From Eledone cirrhosa (taxonomy: Eukaryota): DNA of 64,000 nt. A program made the position numbers and the translations under genes. A model generated the notes under the pieces. That model was given only the letters and a program-made list of their open reading frames with translations. It ran no database searches and had not been told where the DNA came from. Location of the stretch: the NCBI GenBank assembly GCA_964016885.1, contig OZ024757.1, positions 15,934,001-15,998,000 on the forward strand, in the 5' to 3' direction. Of the stretch, positions 22,588-35,329 are shown one piece after another; the stretch's first letter is position 1; every line of letters starts with the position of its first letter.

Positions 22588-25500
22588 GTCACCAACAGTC
22601 TTCTAAACAGGAAACTTCTTCCTCTTTTTTAGCCATAATGAATCTGGCAAAAGAACTGGAAAAAAACATTCGAGCTATCACCCAGCACCACCCTCCACTA
22701 TCACCCCACTGCACAAACTCCCATTGCTGCCATTAACAAACAAACAAATTAACAACACACCAAAACAATTAAAACCATCCACTCTCGCCTCTACATTTTT
22801 GCTTAACGCCCAAGGCATCAGCCCTTCCACCAATACTCAAAAATGGAAGATCAAATTCCTGGAGGACTGGATTGATGTCCATCCAAACCACATCCCTTTC
22901 TTCGTCCTCACTGAAACCCATCTCAGTAACCTCCACTTGGAAGCCGAGGTGAAAGTGAAAAATTTCAAAGCCATCCGTGCTGATCGCGCTGGCAGAAGAA
23001 AGGGCGGAACTGCCATTTATGTCCATAATTCTTTCTCAACAGAGGCTATGAACATATTCACTAATGGATACTGTGAGGCAGTCACTGTATTCAGTCAAAC
23101 CAACAACCTATTAGTAGTTGGGCTCTATAGGCCACCCCAAACGCCTGTACCATGCTTCAAGGAATGCCTCAACAGCATAAAGTGTTTCATCCAAGAGTGT
23201 CACCCTGACAACATCTTAATGATGGGGGACTTCAACCTCCCCGGAGTTGACTGGTCCACAAACACCCTGCCACCAGGTTCTTCTGCCTCAACCTCTGACA
23301 GGGAAGCTGTGGAATCGCTTCTTGACTTCATGGATGATTTCTTCCTATCCCAACTAGTGCTCGAACCAACGAGGTGCCACAAAAACGTCCTAGACTTAAT
23401 TTTCAGCAATCACACTGACAATATCCACAATATTGCAGTGGAGAAAACTCTACTCTCTGATCATGACATGGTTCTCTGTGATCTGAGATTCCACCGTCCA
23501 ATATACAAACCCAATGTCATTTCTCCTGTCCATCCGTTTGACGCTATGGATTTCCACAATGCAAACTGGGAAGCGATCAGTCATGATCTTGCACATGTCG
23601 ACTGGTCCTTCACGCACACTCATACACCCACTAACATCAAAAAGTCCTGGCAGACTTTTGTGGTCACTGTTACAAACATATGTGCTAAACACACCCCATT
23701 AAGAACTATAAACAAATCTAAGAGCAGAATCCCTAGAAATAGAAAAACACTCATCAGAAAAATTAAGAGAACGAACAAAAAAATCAACAAGCTGAAATAC
23801 TGTCAGCAGCAACACATCAACTTGACTGCCATTTCATCACTAGAGATTAAAAAACATAACCTCCAAAACAACATAATGTCCCTCATCAACAATCAGAGAA
23901 GAGCTGAAGAGGCCTGGGCCATTGAGAAGATCAAACTCAATCCCAAAGTGTTCTTTTCATTTGCAAAAAAACACAAAATCACTGGCTCTACTGTTGGCCC
24001 TCTAATTGATGAAAATGGCACTCTTCAAGACAATGCTAAAACCATGGGTGAGATACTGCAGAAACAATACTGCTCTGTTTTCAGCAATCCTGATATGGCC
24101 GATCTGGGCTGTATCGGCGATGTTACTCCCCATTACACCTTATCGGACATAACGTTTGGCGCCCCTGATGTCTTGGCGGCAATAAAGGAAATCAAACATA
24201 ATTCAGCAGTAGGTCCCGATAGGTTCCCTGCTTGTGTCTTGAAGGCGTGTCAACACCAACTTGCTTCTCCTCTTGCCAATCTGTGGCGGAACTCACTGGA
24301 TGCTGGATATGTGCCAGAAAACCTTCTATCCCAGTCTGTTGTCCCAGTTTTCAAAAAGGGAAACAAATCCCTTGCCGTGAATTACCGTCCAATCTCACTC
24401 ACCTCTCATATCATTAAGGTATTTGAGCGAGTGGTGAGATCGCGAATGACCCACTTCCTTGAGAGTAACAATATGCTGAACTCCAACCAGCATGGATTCC
24501 GTAATGGAAGGGATTGCCTGACGCAACTACTGCATCACTTTGATGACATTTTGAGAGCCTTGGGAGAGGGTTCCAACACTGATGTTATCTACCTTGATTT
24601 CAGCAAGGCCTTTGACAGGGTTGATCATAACATTCTACTGAGAAAGCTGTCCAATATTGGTGTCACTGGAAAGCTGCTGCAGTGGATCAAGAGCTTCCTG
24701 TCAAACAGAACCCAACATGTTGTAGTTGAGGGAGTCAAATCAAGCCCAGCCAAAGTCAGTAGTGGAGTCCCACAAGGCACTGTGTTGGGCCCACTTCTCT
24801 TCATCATCTATATTAATGACATCACTGACATCATCAAACACAGCAACATTAAAATTTTCGCTGATGATTCCAAGCTCCAAAAGGTCATCAATGGCGTGGA
24901 TGACCGGATAAGCCTTCAGTCAGACCTACTGGCTGTTACCCAATGGGCAGAAAAGAACAACATGTTACTGAACGAGGACAAATTCGAACTGATCCACTTT
25001 GGAAAAGAGGATGCTCTGAAACTCCCGTACTCCCTTCCCTCCGGGGAAACTCTCGTGGCATCTAACAACATCAGAGACTTGGGAGTAACCGTGGACAGCA
25101 ACATAAGCTGGACCACGCATATAAGCAGCAAAGTTGACATGGCCCGCAGAATGTGTTCCTGGATCCTCAGAACCTTCCAGTCGAGAGATTCCCGCACCAT
25201 TATCCTTCTCTTCTCTACTTTCGCCCGACCACACCTTGAATACTGTTGTCCACTGTGGTCTCCCCACACGAAACAAAGTATCATGAAACTTGAAGCTCCT
25301 CAAAGGGCAATCACGAAAAAGATAGATGGCATGTCAGACCTTGACTACTGGGGTCGATTGGAAAACCTGAAACTTTACTCACTCCAACGTCGCCGTGAGC
25401 GTTATATTATCTGCATGATGTGGAAAATGTTCCATCATCACTGCCCAAATGATGTTGGCATCGCCTTCAAGATACACCCAAGGCTTGGGCCCCGTGCTAT

Positions 25501-25837
25501 CCGTCCCATTCAAAAATCTAAATCGCAACTCATAACAACAATACGGCACAATTATTTCACCTCAATCGGCCCTGCTCTCTTCAACATCACACCAGGACAC
25601 GTCAAAACAGAAACTGACCACACAAGATTCAAGAAGTCTTTGGACAAATTCCTCCAAGTAATCCCGGACAAACCACCCACACCCGGATATGTCTCCGCAA
25701 ACAGTAATTCTCTTCTCGAATGGGCCATGGTGCCCAAATCCTGAATTGAAAGACTTCGCCAGGTGGTGCTATTAAGTTAGACATGGCCTGGGCCAATACT
25801 GGCCAAAACATTTCAAAGTTATTCAAAGTTCAAAGTT
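22588..25837 (+). mobile_element. 5'-truncated CR1-group LINE (ORF1 tail, complete ORF2, short 3' UTR, TTCAAAG-type tandem tail)
   Basis: 3' UTR with GGCCA-ATAC-TGGCC hairpin and tail TTTCAAAGTTATTCAAAGTTCAAAGTT; inserted in a (TA)n/(CA)n field. Confidence 0.85.
22724..25744 (+). CDS. CR1-group ORF2p: APE endonuclease + reverse transcriptase (frame open from 22607; start not ATG)
   Basis: LNAQG, LTETHL, GLYRPP, MGDFNLP, LDLIF, SDHDMV; GPD, NYRPISLTS, QHGFR, YLDFSKAFDRVDH, SGVPQGTVLGPLLF, FADDSK, RDLGV, RPHLEYC, LYSLQRRRER. No internal stops. Confidence 0.93.
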   Translation: MLPLTNKQINNTPKQLKPSTLASTFLLNAQGISPSTNTQKWKIKFLEDWIDVHPNHIPFFVLTETHLSNLHLEAEVKVKNFKAIRADRAGRRKGGTAIYVHNSFSTEAMNIFTNGYCEAVTVFSQTNNLLVVGLYRPPQTPVPCFKECLNSIKCFIQECHPDNILMMGDFNLPGVDWSTNTLPPGSSASTSDREAVESLLDFMDDFFLSQLVLEPTRCHKNVLDLIFSNHTDNIHNIAVEKTLLSDHDMVLCDLRFHRPIYKPNVISPVHPFDAMDFHNANWEAISHDLAHVDWSFTHTHTPTNIKKSWQTFVVTVTNICAKHTPLRTINKSKSRIPRNRKTLIRKIKRTNKKINKLKYCQQQHINLTAISSLEIKKHNLQNNIMSLINNQRRAEEAWAIEKIKLNPKVFFSFAKKHKITGSTVGPLIDENGTLQDNAKTMGEILQKQYCSVFSNPDMADLGCIGDVTPHYTLSDITFGAPDVLAAIKEIKHNSAVGPDRFPACVLKACQHQLASPLANLWRNSLDAGYVPENLLSQSVVPVFKKGNKSLAVNYRPISLTSHIIKVFERVVRSRMTHFLESNNMLNSNQHGFRNGRDCLTQLLHHFDDILRALGEGSNTDVIYLDFSKAFDRVDHNILLRKLSNIGVTGKLLQWIKSFLSNRTQHVVVEGVKSSPAKVSSGVPQGTVLGPLLFIIYINDITDIIKHSNIKIFADDSKLQKVINGVDDRISLQSDLLAVTQWAEKNNMLLNEDKFELIHFGKEDALKLPYSLPSGETLVASNNIRDLGVTVDSNISWTTHISSKVDMARRMCSWILRTFQSRDSRTIILLFSTFARPHLEYCCPLWSPHTKQSIMKLEAPQRAITKKIDGMSDLDYWGRLENLKLYSLQRRRERYIICMMWKMFHHHCPNDVGIAFKIHPRLGPRAIRPIQKSKSQLITTIRHNYFTSIGPALFNITPGHVKTETDHTRFKKSLDKFLQVIPDKPPTPGYVSANSNSLLEWAMVPKS

Positions 25838-25862
25838 AAATGCAAATATATATATATATATG

Positions 25863-25902
<40 letters not shown>

Positions 25903-25969
25903 TAAGTATATATAAATATATATACACACACACACCCATATATATATATATATACATACATATATATAT

Positions 25970-26001
<32 letters not shown>

Positions 26002-26065
26002 TTATATATATATATATATATATATATAAATACATATATATATATACACATACACACACACATAT

Positions 26066-26118
<53 letters not shown>

Positions 26119-26123
26119 CACAT

Positions 26124-26174
<51 letters not shown>

Positions 26175-26230
26175 TATATACATACACCTACATATACATA
26201 TACATATATACATATACCTACATCATTTAC

Positions 26231-26276
<46 letters not shown>

Positions 26277-26599
26277 GTCGATTTCGAGCAGATTTGTAAA
26301 AATATAATTCAACTGTTTACAAAACCTATGTGAATGCCTCAGAAGGTGCCATTCATAATTTCATTATAAACGATTATGAAAAGAAGGTATACTATCCTTT
26401 CCTTGTTATCTATATTTCTATATATTTTTTTTATATAAAACACATTGATTTTGTGTCTTCGTTTTTTTATAATTTACAAGAGATATGTGCAAATAATTTT
26501 TATTTAATCTCTAAAGTATTACGAAGTTAAAATAGTTGAAAACCTGCAGCATATGTAAACATATTTAATATTTATAAATATACAATCGCCCCCTGCAAT

Positions 26600-26626
26600 A
26601 TATATATATATATATATGTGTGTGTG

Positions 26627-26722
<96 letters not shown>

Positions 26723-26893
26723 TAGATAGATAGATAGATAGATATATATGTATACCCATATATATATAAATATACATATATATATACCCATATATATATA
26801 TAAATATACATATATATATACCCATATATATATATAAATATACATATATATATACCCATATATATATATAAATATACATATATATATACCCAT

Positions 26894-26924
<31 letters not shown>

Positions 26925-27045
26925 CCCATATATATATATATAAATATACATATATATATACCCATATATAAATATACATATATATATACCCATATATATA
27001 TAAATATACATATATATATACCCATATATATATATATATATATAC

Positions 27046-27090
<45 letters not shown>

Positions 27091-27201
27091 CATATATATA
27101 TATATATACCCATATATATATATATATACCTATATATATATATAAATATACATATATATATATACCCATATATATATATAAATATACATATATATTTATA
27201 C

Positions 27202-27244
<43 letters not shown>

Positions 27245-27270
27245 AACATATACATATACACACCCATATA
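26600..27270. repeat. (TA)n-derived minisatellite with TACCCATATA / AAATATACA punctuation
   Basis: More than ten ~33-37 bp units visible. Confidence 0.85.
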
Positions 27271-27421
27271 TACTCACGTAAAAATTAAACAAAAAACAAC
27301 AGAGCAGACGATGCAGTATAATGAGGAAATACACACACACAAACATACACTCACATATATATAGAGAGAGACAGAGAGAGAGAGGGGGGGGGAGAGATAT
27401 AGATATATAGATAGAGAGAGT

Positions 27422-27478
<57 letters not shown>

Positions 27479-27971
27479 TCGTTTTCAAATATAAAAAGAT
27501 GTAGGTGAAATAGTTATATCCGCTCAAAATACGATATTTATTACAATAAACTGTACATAAGCTTACATACAATTGAAAAAATATATATGAATTCCTGACA
27601 TATATGTACATACATGCACTATACTTAGAATAAATGGCGAGCTGCAAATCTTGAATTTAATTAGATCTCAGAGTTAACACCTCTCACGCACACTTTTACA
27701 GGGAAAAATAGAAACATCAGTTGAGCATACAAGCACCCGGATGGAAAATAATAGATAACGTCACCCATATAAATTTTTACGCACGCGCTCACACACACAC
27801 ACACATATGTGTGTGTGTATATATGTACGTGTGTGTGTGTGTGTATATATGTGCGTGTGTGTGTGTGTGTAATATATATGTTTGCTAACATATATAAATT
27901 TCATTTATATATGTAAATATATATGTGCATATATACATGTACATGTGTATTGTATATGTACGTTTTATTTG

Positions 27972-28008
<37 letters not shown>

Positions 28009-28198
28009 AATAAATAAATAAATTTATATATATATATATATATATATAAATTTATTTATTTATTTATTTATTTTCCTGCTCTGTAAAACAACTGATGTTC
28101 TAACATTGAGCTATTTCTCTGACTGGTTATAAGGTGGTATTACCAATAGTTGTTTATAGTTGTTTATAGTATATACATAACTATAAATAGTATTATTA

Positions 28199-28412
28199 TT
28201 TGCCTTTCATCCTTACGGGGTCGATAAAATAAAGTACCAGTAATGCACTGAATAATTGCTGGCCTTGTGCCTAAAGTAGAAACAATTATTATATATATAT
28301 ATCGTGCAAATCCCACCGGGGTTAACTCTGCATTTCATCCTTACGGGGTCGATAAAATAAAGTACCAGTAATGTACTGGTGAATTTGCTGGCCTTGTACC
28401 TAATGTAGAAAC

Positions 28413-28416
<4 letters not shown>
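28199..28416 (+). mobile_element. Two 5'-truncated SINE copies
   Basis: GC(C/A)TTTCATCCTTACGGGGTCGATAAAATAAAGTACCAG...GGCCTTGT(G/A)CCTAA(A/T)GTAGAAACAATT twice. Confidence 0.8.
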
Positions 28417-28450
<34 letters not shown>

Positions 28451-28457
<7 letters not shown>

Positions 28458-28582
28458 ATATAGAAATGGCTTCTACAAGACTATGACTGTTTCATTCGGG
28501 AGAAATCATGAGAAAAGCCCTGCTGATTTCTCCCGAATGAAACAGTTCTATTCCTGTAGAAGCCATTTCTATATTAAATATT
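28451..28582. mobile_element. Fold-back element with degenerate hammerhead motif (family G)
   Basis: ATATTTAATATAGAAATGGCTTCTACA...ACTGTTTCATTCGGGAGAAATCA mirrored by TGATTTCTCCCGAATGAAACAGT...TGTAGAAGCCATTTCTATATTAAATAT; related single copy at 43168-43240. Confidence 0.6.
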
Positions 28583-28698
28583 TATACTCTGCTATGTATT
28601 GAGTACCTTACTTACTGTGGTTACCCCAATCGAACCCGCGATAAATATATACATATATATACACACACACACATATATGTTTTATTATAACGTAAATA

Positions 28699-28737
<39 letters not shown>

Positions 28738-29399
28738 TTATATATACATATATATATATATATTTATATATACATATATATACATATATATGTATACATA
28801 TATATATATATATTTATATATACATATATATACATATATATATACATATATATACATATATATACATATATATGTGTGTGTGTGTGTGTGTGTCTGTGTG
28901 AGAGAGAGAGAAAATCCAATAGAAAATTAACAAGAAGCAGGAAAACAATACAATACAATGACGGTATTATAATTCCACGCTTCATACATTTCAAAACGTG
29001 CCTAAACGTTTCGGACGTCCATCCTTCATCGGAAGATAAAATAAGAGAAAGAGAAGAGAGGCTGTTTGTGAGAGAGGAGATGAAGAAAACGGAAGATAAT
29101 CGAATGTAAGAGTATAAAGAAGACGGGCAATATGTCGACAGCAGAGAAAGCACGTATAGTTGTTAGTCAGTCAATCAGTTAATCGGAATTTCATGGCCAT
29201 ATAACTAATTAATTAATTAATTGCGTAAACATCAGGGAATTACTTGACTGACAAGGTTAAAACTATCCAAAGGCTCTCCTAACACATCTCTTCCTGCCTG
29301 CTGAGAGCCAGGAAACGGCGGCGCATCCCATGCCAGCTGCATATGTGTTCATTATGGCTATGGTTTACAGAAATTAAATAATTATTTTATATATATATA

Positions 29400-29873
29400 G
29401 GCATACGTCAAAACGGCCGGTCTCAAAAGTGAAACTAATTTTTGACAGTTACGTACGTCATTATTTTCAATTTGGATTGTGAATACGTGATATTTTTTTA
29501 CACACATCCACAAACTTATAGATGTATATACACATGTACAACATATATATGTGTGTATATGTACACATATACACACATATATATATACAAACACATATAT
29601 ATATACAAACACACATATATATATATATATACAAACACACATATATATATATATATATATACATACATACACACACACATATATATACACATATATACAC
29701 ACCCACACATATATATATATATTAAGAAATCCATACAATTGCGTGTGTCTGCATTATAGTCATCTCGAAGTTTATACAAGACTATATATACACAAATCTA
29801 TTCAGATGAGTGAGTTTACGTAACTGTCAAAAATTAGTTTCACTTTTCAGACCGGCCGTTTTGACGTATGCCA
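29400..29873. repeat. Inverted repeat (~55 bp arms) around a microsatellite-rich spacer
   Basis: GGCATACGTCAAAACGGCCGGTCTCAAAAGTGAAACTAATTTTTGACAGTTACGTA (29400-29455) is mirrored at 29818-29873. Confidence 0.8.
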
Positions 29874-30479
29874 TATATATACATATGCATATATACAGAT
29901 ATATACACATATACGGATCTAGCTGTCGAAACGGCGGGGCTCAGACGTCGGAGTTTGACTCTTTTCCTATACACACACACACACACACACAGATACACAC
30001 ATACACATATATATACTATACATATTATATATATATACTATACATATTATATATATATACACACATATATTTATATATATATATATATACATATTCTTAT
30101 ATATATATATATTTATATATGCATGTATATATGTGTGTGTGTGTGTGTGTGTGTGGCTCCGTGTAAGTAGTTGAAACGATATTTTAAAAGAAATTACATA
30201 AGTTGTAACGCTCCTAATGTCCTCTTCCACATGAAATCGTATAACCTAATGTAAGGAAGACGAATCAGTTTGCTATAATATTGTTCATCAGTAAACGTCT
30301 CATAGTGGAGAATAGTTGTTATTGTGATGTTTTGTGTTGTTGGCGCTTTTTGATTAAGTATTTCAGAGTTATCGTATTTCCCGGTGCCGAAGACCCTTCG
30401 TCCTCGAAGACGCACCGTAATTTTGACAACCAAAAATTTGAAAAAAAATGATAAACAACCTTCGGCCTCCAGAGATTTA

Positions 30480-31235
30480 TTTTAGGAAATCTGTAGCGTC
30501 TTCGACGCCGGGAAATACAGTAATTTATCCAGCGTCAAAGGCGTCGAATTTCGGAGATTTCTCTTTCCTCCAAAATATAGAGTTGCTAAAGTTTCGACGC
30601 AATGAGACCGAACACGAATCCCCTTATCTGTAGCTGCAAATAAAACTTCTAAACTAAACCACAATGTCTGCGATTGCCAATAACACTGTGTCCTGCTAAC
30701 AAGCAATAGTAGCAACATCAGAAAAACTTACCACCTGCAACTTGTGGCATACTTGACGAGGAATTTCGGAGTGTTTTTACCCTCAAAATAAAGACAGTTG
30801 CCAAAATTCCTACCCTAGTGTGGCGATGATGAATTTCGGGGGTTATTTTCTCCCCAAATAAAGAAAGTTACTAAATATTCTACCCGGAAGTAACGACGAT
30901 GAATTTCGGAGGGTTTTCACCCCCCAAATAAAGGCAGTTGCCAAAATTCCTACACTAGTGAGACGATAATGAATTTCGAGTGTTCTCTCCCTAAAAAGGG
31001 TTATTCGGGAGAATTCTGTGCCGGAAGCAACGACGACGTTTTTCGAAAGTTTTTCACCCCTAAAATTACAGATGGTTGCTAAGCGTTCTACACAGTAAGA
31101 CTGAACACGAATCCCTTATCTTTAGCTGCAAATAAAACGCGTAAACTATACCACAATGTCTGTGATTACTAATACGATTGTGTCCCGCTTACAAGCAGTA
31201 GTAGCAACATCAGAAAAACTTACCACCTGCAACTT
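30480..31235. repeat. Degenerate ~60 bp tandem array bracketed by a ~140 bp direct repeat
   Basis: GA(T/C)GAATTTCGG..CCC.AAAATAAAG..AGTT(G/A)C units at 30545-31090; 30605-30743 repeated at 31097-31234. Confidence 0.7.
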
Positions 31236-31687
31236 CACTCAGAACCTATTATATATAGACAGTGTTTCTATTGTAATCACTTTTGAAACCAGACATCAAT
31301 AAGCAATCAATAAATTAACACCTTCTCTTCTTTTTATCTATACCACGGGAATATTCCATTCTAGAGGTTCACCCATTATATTGTAAAATTGCCTCGGACT
31401 AAAAGGTCATCTGACCTACATAATTGTTAGACTAATATTTAGTGAACAACTCTTTATTGATTCACTAATCAATATTTCTTAAGCGATATTTAAATCGATT
31501 ACTTGAAAGTTATCATTAATATTTCCCTTCATAACTTTCTGAATGCTGGTCAATTAAGTCTGGTATTGTACGCTAAATAATATCTCGCTGGGTTGATGGA
31601 TGGAAAAGGTATTGTGGGAGGGTTGAGATTCTACAACACTTGATTAAATGTCTTAAACAATTTTATTTTGTCCTCTAATAAAGTCCA

Positions 31688-31743
<56 letters not shown>

Positions 31744-31817
31744 ACGCTTCCCTGTTCCAACTTTGGTAAGAAGTGATATTTTATGTGCCAGTAATAGCTT
31801 ATCATCGATTCAATCGA

Positions 31818-31863
<46 letters not shown>

Positions 31864-32008
31864 TTATAGTAATAATAATAAATTTGAAGACTAAAATCCA
31901 AAGAGGGCTCGATAAGGATAAATATAAATCTGTTATTTTAATATATATATATATATATTTTATTCAGAATATTAATAAATGAAGACATTCACATAATCAA
32001 AATATATG

Positions 32009-32070
32009 TTTTATTATATATATTTCGAAGGTACTGTGCTGTTTTTTCAATACGTCTTCGTCAGATAAAA
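32009..32070 (-). ncRNA. Minimal type I hammerhead motif (family C)
   Basis: UUUUAU-CUGACGA-A-GA(C)GUAUUG...CAGUAC(CU)UC-GAAA-UAUAUA-UA-AUAAAA; palindromic stem III. Confidence 0.6.
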
Positions 32071-32174
32071 TACATGAATTGATGTATGACATACCTCAAC
32101 GGTCTTGATGGTTCAATTCCAGCATTGGCAAACTATATTCATTGAGTAACCAATGAACCATATTAATCTTTGGT

Positions 32175-32213
<39 letters not shown>

Positions 32214-32472
32214 CCAGGGAGTGTAACGTAAAGTTACTGTAGGTTCACCCAGGTGAGAACTCCATGTTCAGGTTCACGTCAGTGGTGAGGTGTAAAGCTA
32301 GACAGAGTGTAATTTAATAATACAAGGACGATTTGTTAAGCCTTCATTACCTTTATTGATTGGTGGCGCGCGTTTCGCTATTGATCAGCTCAAGGTTAGA
32401 TCTGCATCGATCTAGCCCGACTCTGGAATCAAAAGCTCGTCGGACATCTGCTATTATAATTATTCATTATAT

Positions 32473-32515
<43 letters not shown>

Positions 32516-32740
32516 AACATACTAGCGCATAGTCCGGGGACAGAGAAGTAAATTCTCTACGGAATAGACAGCTCGTGAAATTATCGTGCAAATACCTATG
32601 CATTCCACAGACACGTGTACCATTTAACGTGTGACACATGTGTTGACAAAGCTGGTCCTTTAAATTTTGAAGTTTACAGGTGCAACCCATTTATGACAGG
32701 TGAGCGGACTGGGGCAGTGTAAAATATGCATACAATATAC

Positions 32741-32803
<63 letters not shown>

Positions 32804-32808
<5 letters not shown>

Positions 32809-33293
32809 TAAACGGAATAGAAAATGCTGACAAATTGTTCACAGTTGAAAAATGGTTTAATTAGGAATAAAAGAGTATTAGTGATTGTATGGGTTAGTAT
32901 TCAGTTGTGGTTTTAAGTTTTTAAGTTTTTACCGGTTGCGCATTTCTAAATGCTTTTCAAAAATAATTTTGAGATAGAGTGTCCGTGCTGTTTGCTCTGA
33001 TCTGATTTGATTATGTGAATGTCTTCATTTAATAATATTCTGAATAAAAAATATATATATATATATTAAAATAACAGATTTATATTTATCCAGATCAGAG
33101 CAAACAGCACGGACACTCTATCTCAAAATTATTTTTGAAAAGCATTTAGAAATGCGCAACCGGTAAAAACTTAAAAACTTAAAACCACAACTGAATACTA
33201 ACCCATACAATCACTAATACTCTGTTATTCCTAATTAAACCATTTTTCAACTGTGAACAATTTGTCAGCATTTTCTATTCCGTTTACCAATAT
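32804..33293. repeat. Near-perfect inverted repeat (~200 bp arms) whose spacer is an inverted copy of 31918-32001
   Basis: 32804-33004 versus 33091-33293; spacer 33006-33090 is the reverse complement of 31918-32001. Confidence 0.85.
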
Positions 33294-33325
33294 ATAATAA
33301 CTTGTGTGTTACACCTCTATTCTTT

Positions 33326-33366
<41 letters not shown>

Positions 33367-33609
33367 CCATAGATGCCTAAATACCACAAACATACACACT
33401 AAAGAACATACAGTGGGGCAATTGATAATTATTGAGGAGGGAGAGAGAGAGTGGGTGGGTGGAAAGAGAGACAGAGAGAGAGAGAGAAAGGTGGGCGAGA
33501 ATAATTGTTTCTGATGAGGAGGGGAAAGTCGATGAAATCGACCCCAATATGTTACTGGTACTTTATTTTATCGACCCCGTAAGGATGAAAAGCAGAGCTA
33601 ACCTTGGCG

Positions 33610-34440
33610 AAATTTGAGCTCAGAACGTAACTATCGTGAGCCGAACACACTAAACACTGAGCCATGCGCCCTCGTTTAAGGAATCAACGTACCACTAGGA
33701 ATCGAACAGACGAGTTTACAATTGTGAACCGTATCCGAAGAGCTAACCATTAAACCACACGCCGCCAAAAATCGAACACACAAAAGCCAACCATCGTGAC
33801 ACGAACAATCGAACCACTAAATCCCACGCCGCCAGATGTCGAACACAACACCCAACCCTCGTGAGCCGAATAGCCAAACCACTAAACCCCACACCGCCAG
33901 ATGCACAGGTTTACCATTGAGAAACGTATCCGAAAACTTAACGATTAAAGTCCACGCCGCCAGATGTCGAACACACAACACCCAACCCTCATAACTCGAA
34001 CACCTAACCACTAAGCCATGCGCGTTCACCAGATATCGAACACACAACACCCAACCCTCGTGTGCCGAACAGCCAAACCACTAAACCCCACACCGCCAGA
34101 TGTCGAACACACACCACCCAACCCTCGTGTGCCGAACAGCCGAACCACTAAACCCCACACCGCCAGATGTCGAACACACAACACCCAACCCTCGTGAGCC
34201 GAACAGCCGAACCACTAAACCCCACACCACCAGATGTCGAACACACAACACCCAACCCTCGTGAGCCGAACAGCCAAACCACTAAACCCCACACCGCCAG
34301 ATATCGAACACATAAGTTTACTATTTTGAACGAACCGAATCTCAACACCTAAACATTAAACTCCACGCCGCCACAAATCGAACACTCCACACCCAACCCT
34401 CGTGACTCGAACACCTATCCACTTAGCCACGCGCCTTCAC
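33610..34440 (-). repeat. Tandem array (~67 bp period, ~12 units) of tRNA-like SINE heads
   Basis: Minus-strand unit GGCG(G/C)(T)GTGG(G/C)(G)TTTAGTGGTT..TGTTCG(G/A).TCACGAGGGTTGGGTGT..GTGTTCGA(C/T)AT: A-box-like TGG..TAGTGG and B-box-like GTTCGA; CTAAACCCCA recurs at 34081, 34148, ~34215, ~34282. Confidence 0.7.
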
Positions 34441-35241
34441 CAGCCACATATAAGCACTAGATATATCTACACAACAAAAGCGGTTCAAGTGTTATGAGGT
34501 CAATGAAGGCAAAATAGAGCACAAGCATTGGTTTCACTTAAACATCAACTCCCCAACAAATTAGCAATCAATAAGAAAATATTTATAAAAAAAAATAATT
34601 GGAAATTTTCTTGATTGATCTTGTCCTCTTTGTTGTTGCATTTTTATTGGGTTTTTTTTGCTGTTGTTTATATTGTTGTTGTTGGTGGTAGGTATTGCTG
34701 CTGTTGTTGTTGTTATTGTTGTAGTAAACGATGTTAGCAAATTACTTTAAGATATTGAATTTCGATTTGAGCAACAATATTACTAAAGAATTTCTTTAGA
34801 TGTCTTAAGAAAAATTCTATCAAATATTGAAGTTTAATTCGCATTAAAATTCTGAAATAAAAAAAATGTTCGTAAAATGAATATCATGTTTGATTCCATT
34901 TTATATAGCTTCTTATTAACATATAACCCTATATATAAGTTCAATTTTTCTTATTTATTTTATTTTATTTTTGTTATAACTCAGTGAAATAAAGAATGGA
35001 AGTATTCTCTCGGGTCCTTTTCTATCATCCTAATGGGTTTCACTAAAGGTTCCCCACACTAAGGGCCAAGTAGTAGTCGTGGCCGTAACCTTTCAGATAT
35101 CAAAGTGCCTGACACAACTCCCGGCTCAGTGAGGGAGAGAGAGAGAGAGAGAGTGTGTGGAAGTATGAGAAAGAAATAGAGAGAGAGAAAGAGAGAGAGA
35201 GAGAGCGAGAGAGAGAGAGAGAGAGAGAGTGGAAGTGAGAG

Positions 35242-35298
<57 letters not shown>

Positions 35299-35329
35299 CA
35301 ATTGACAAGACCTCGTTCATGTACTGAGT

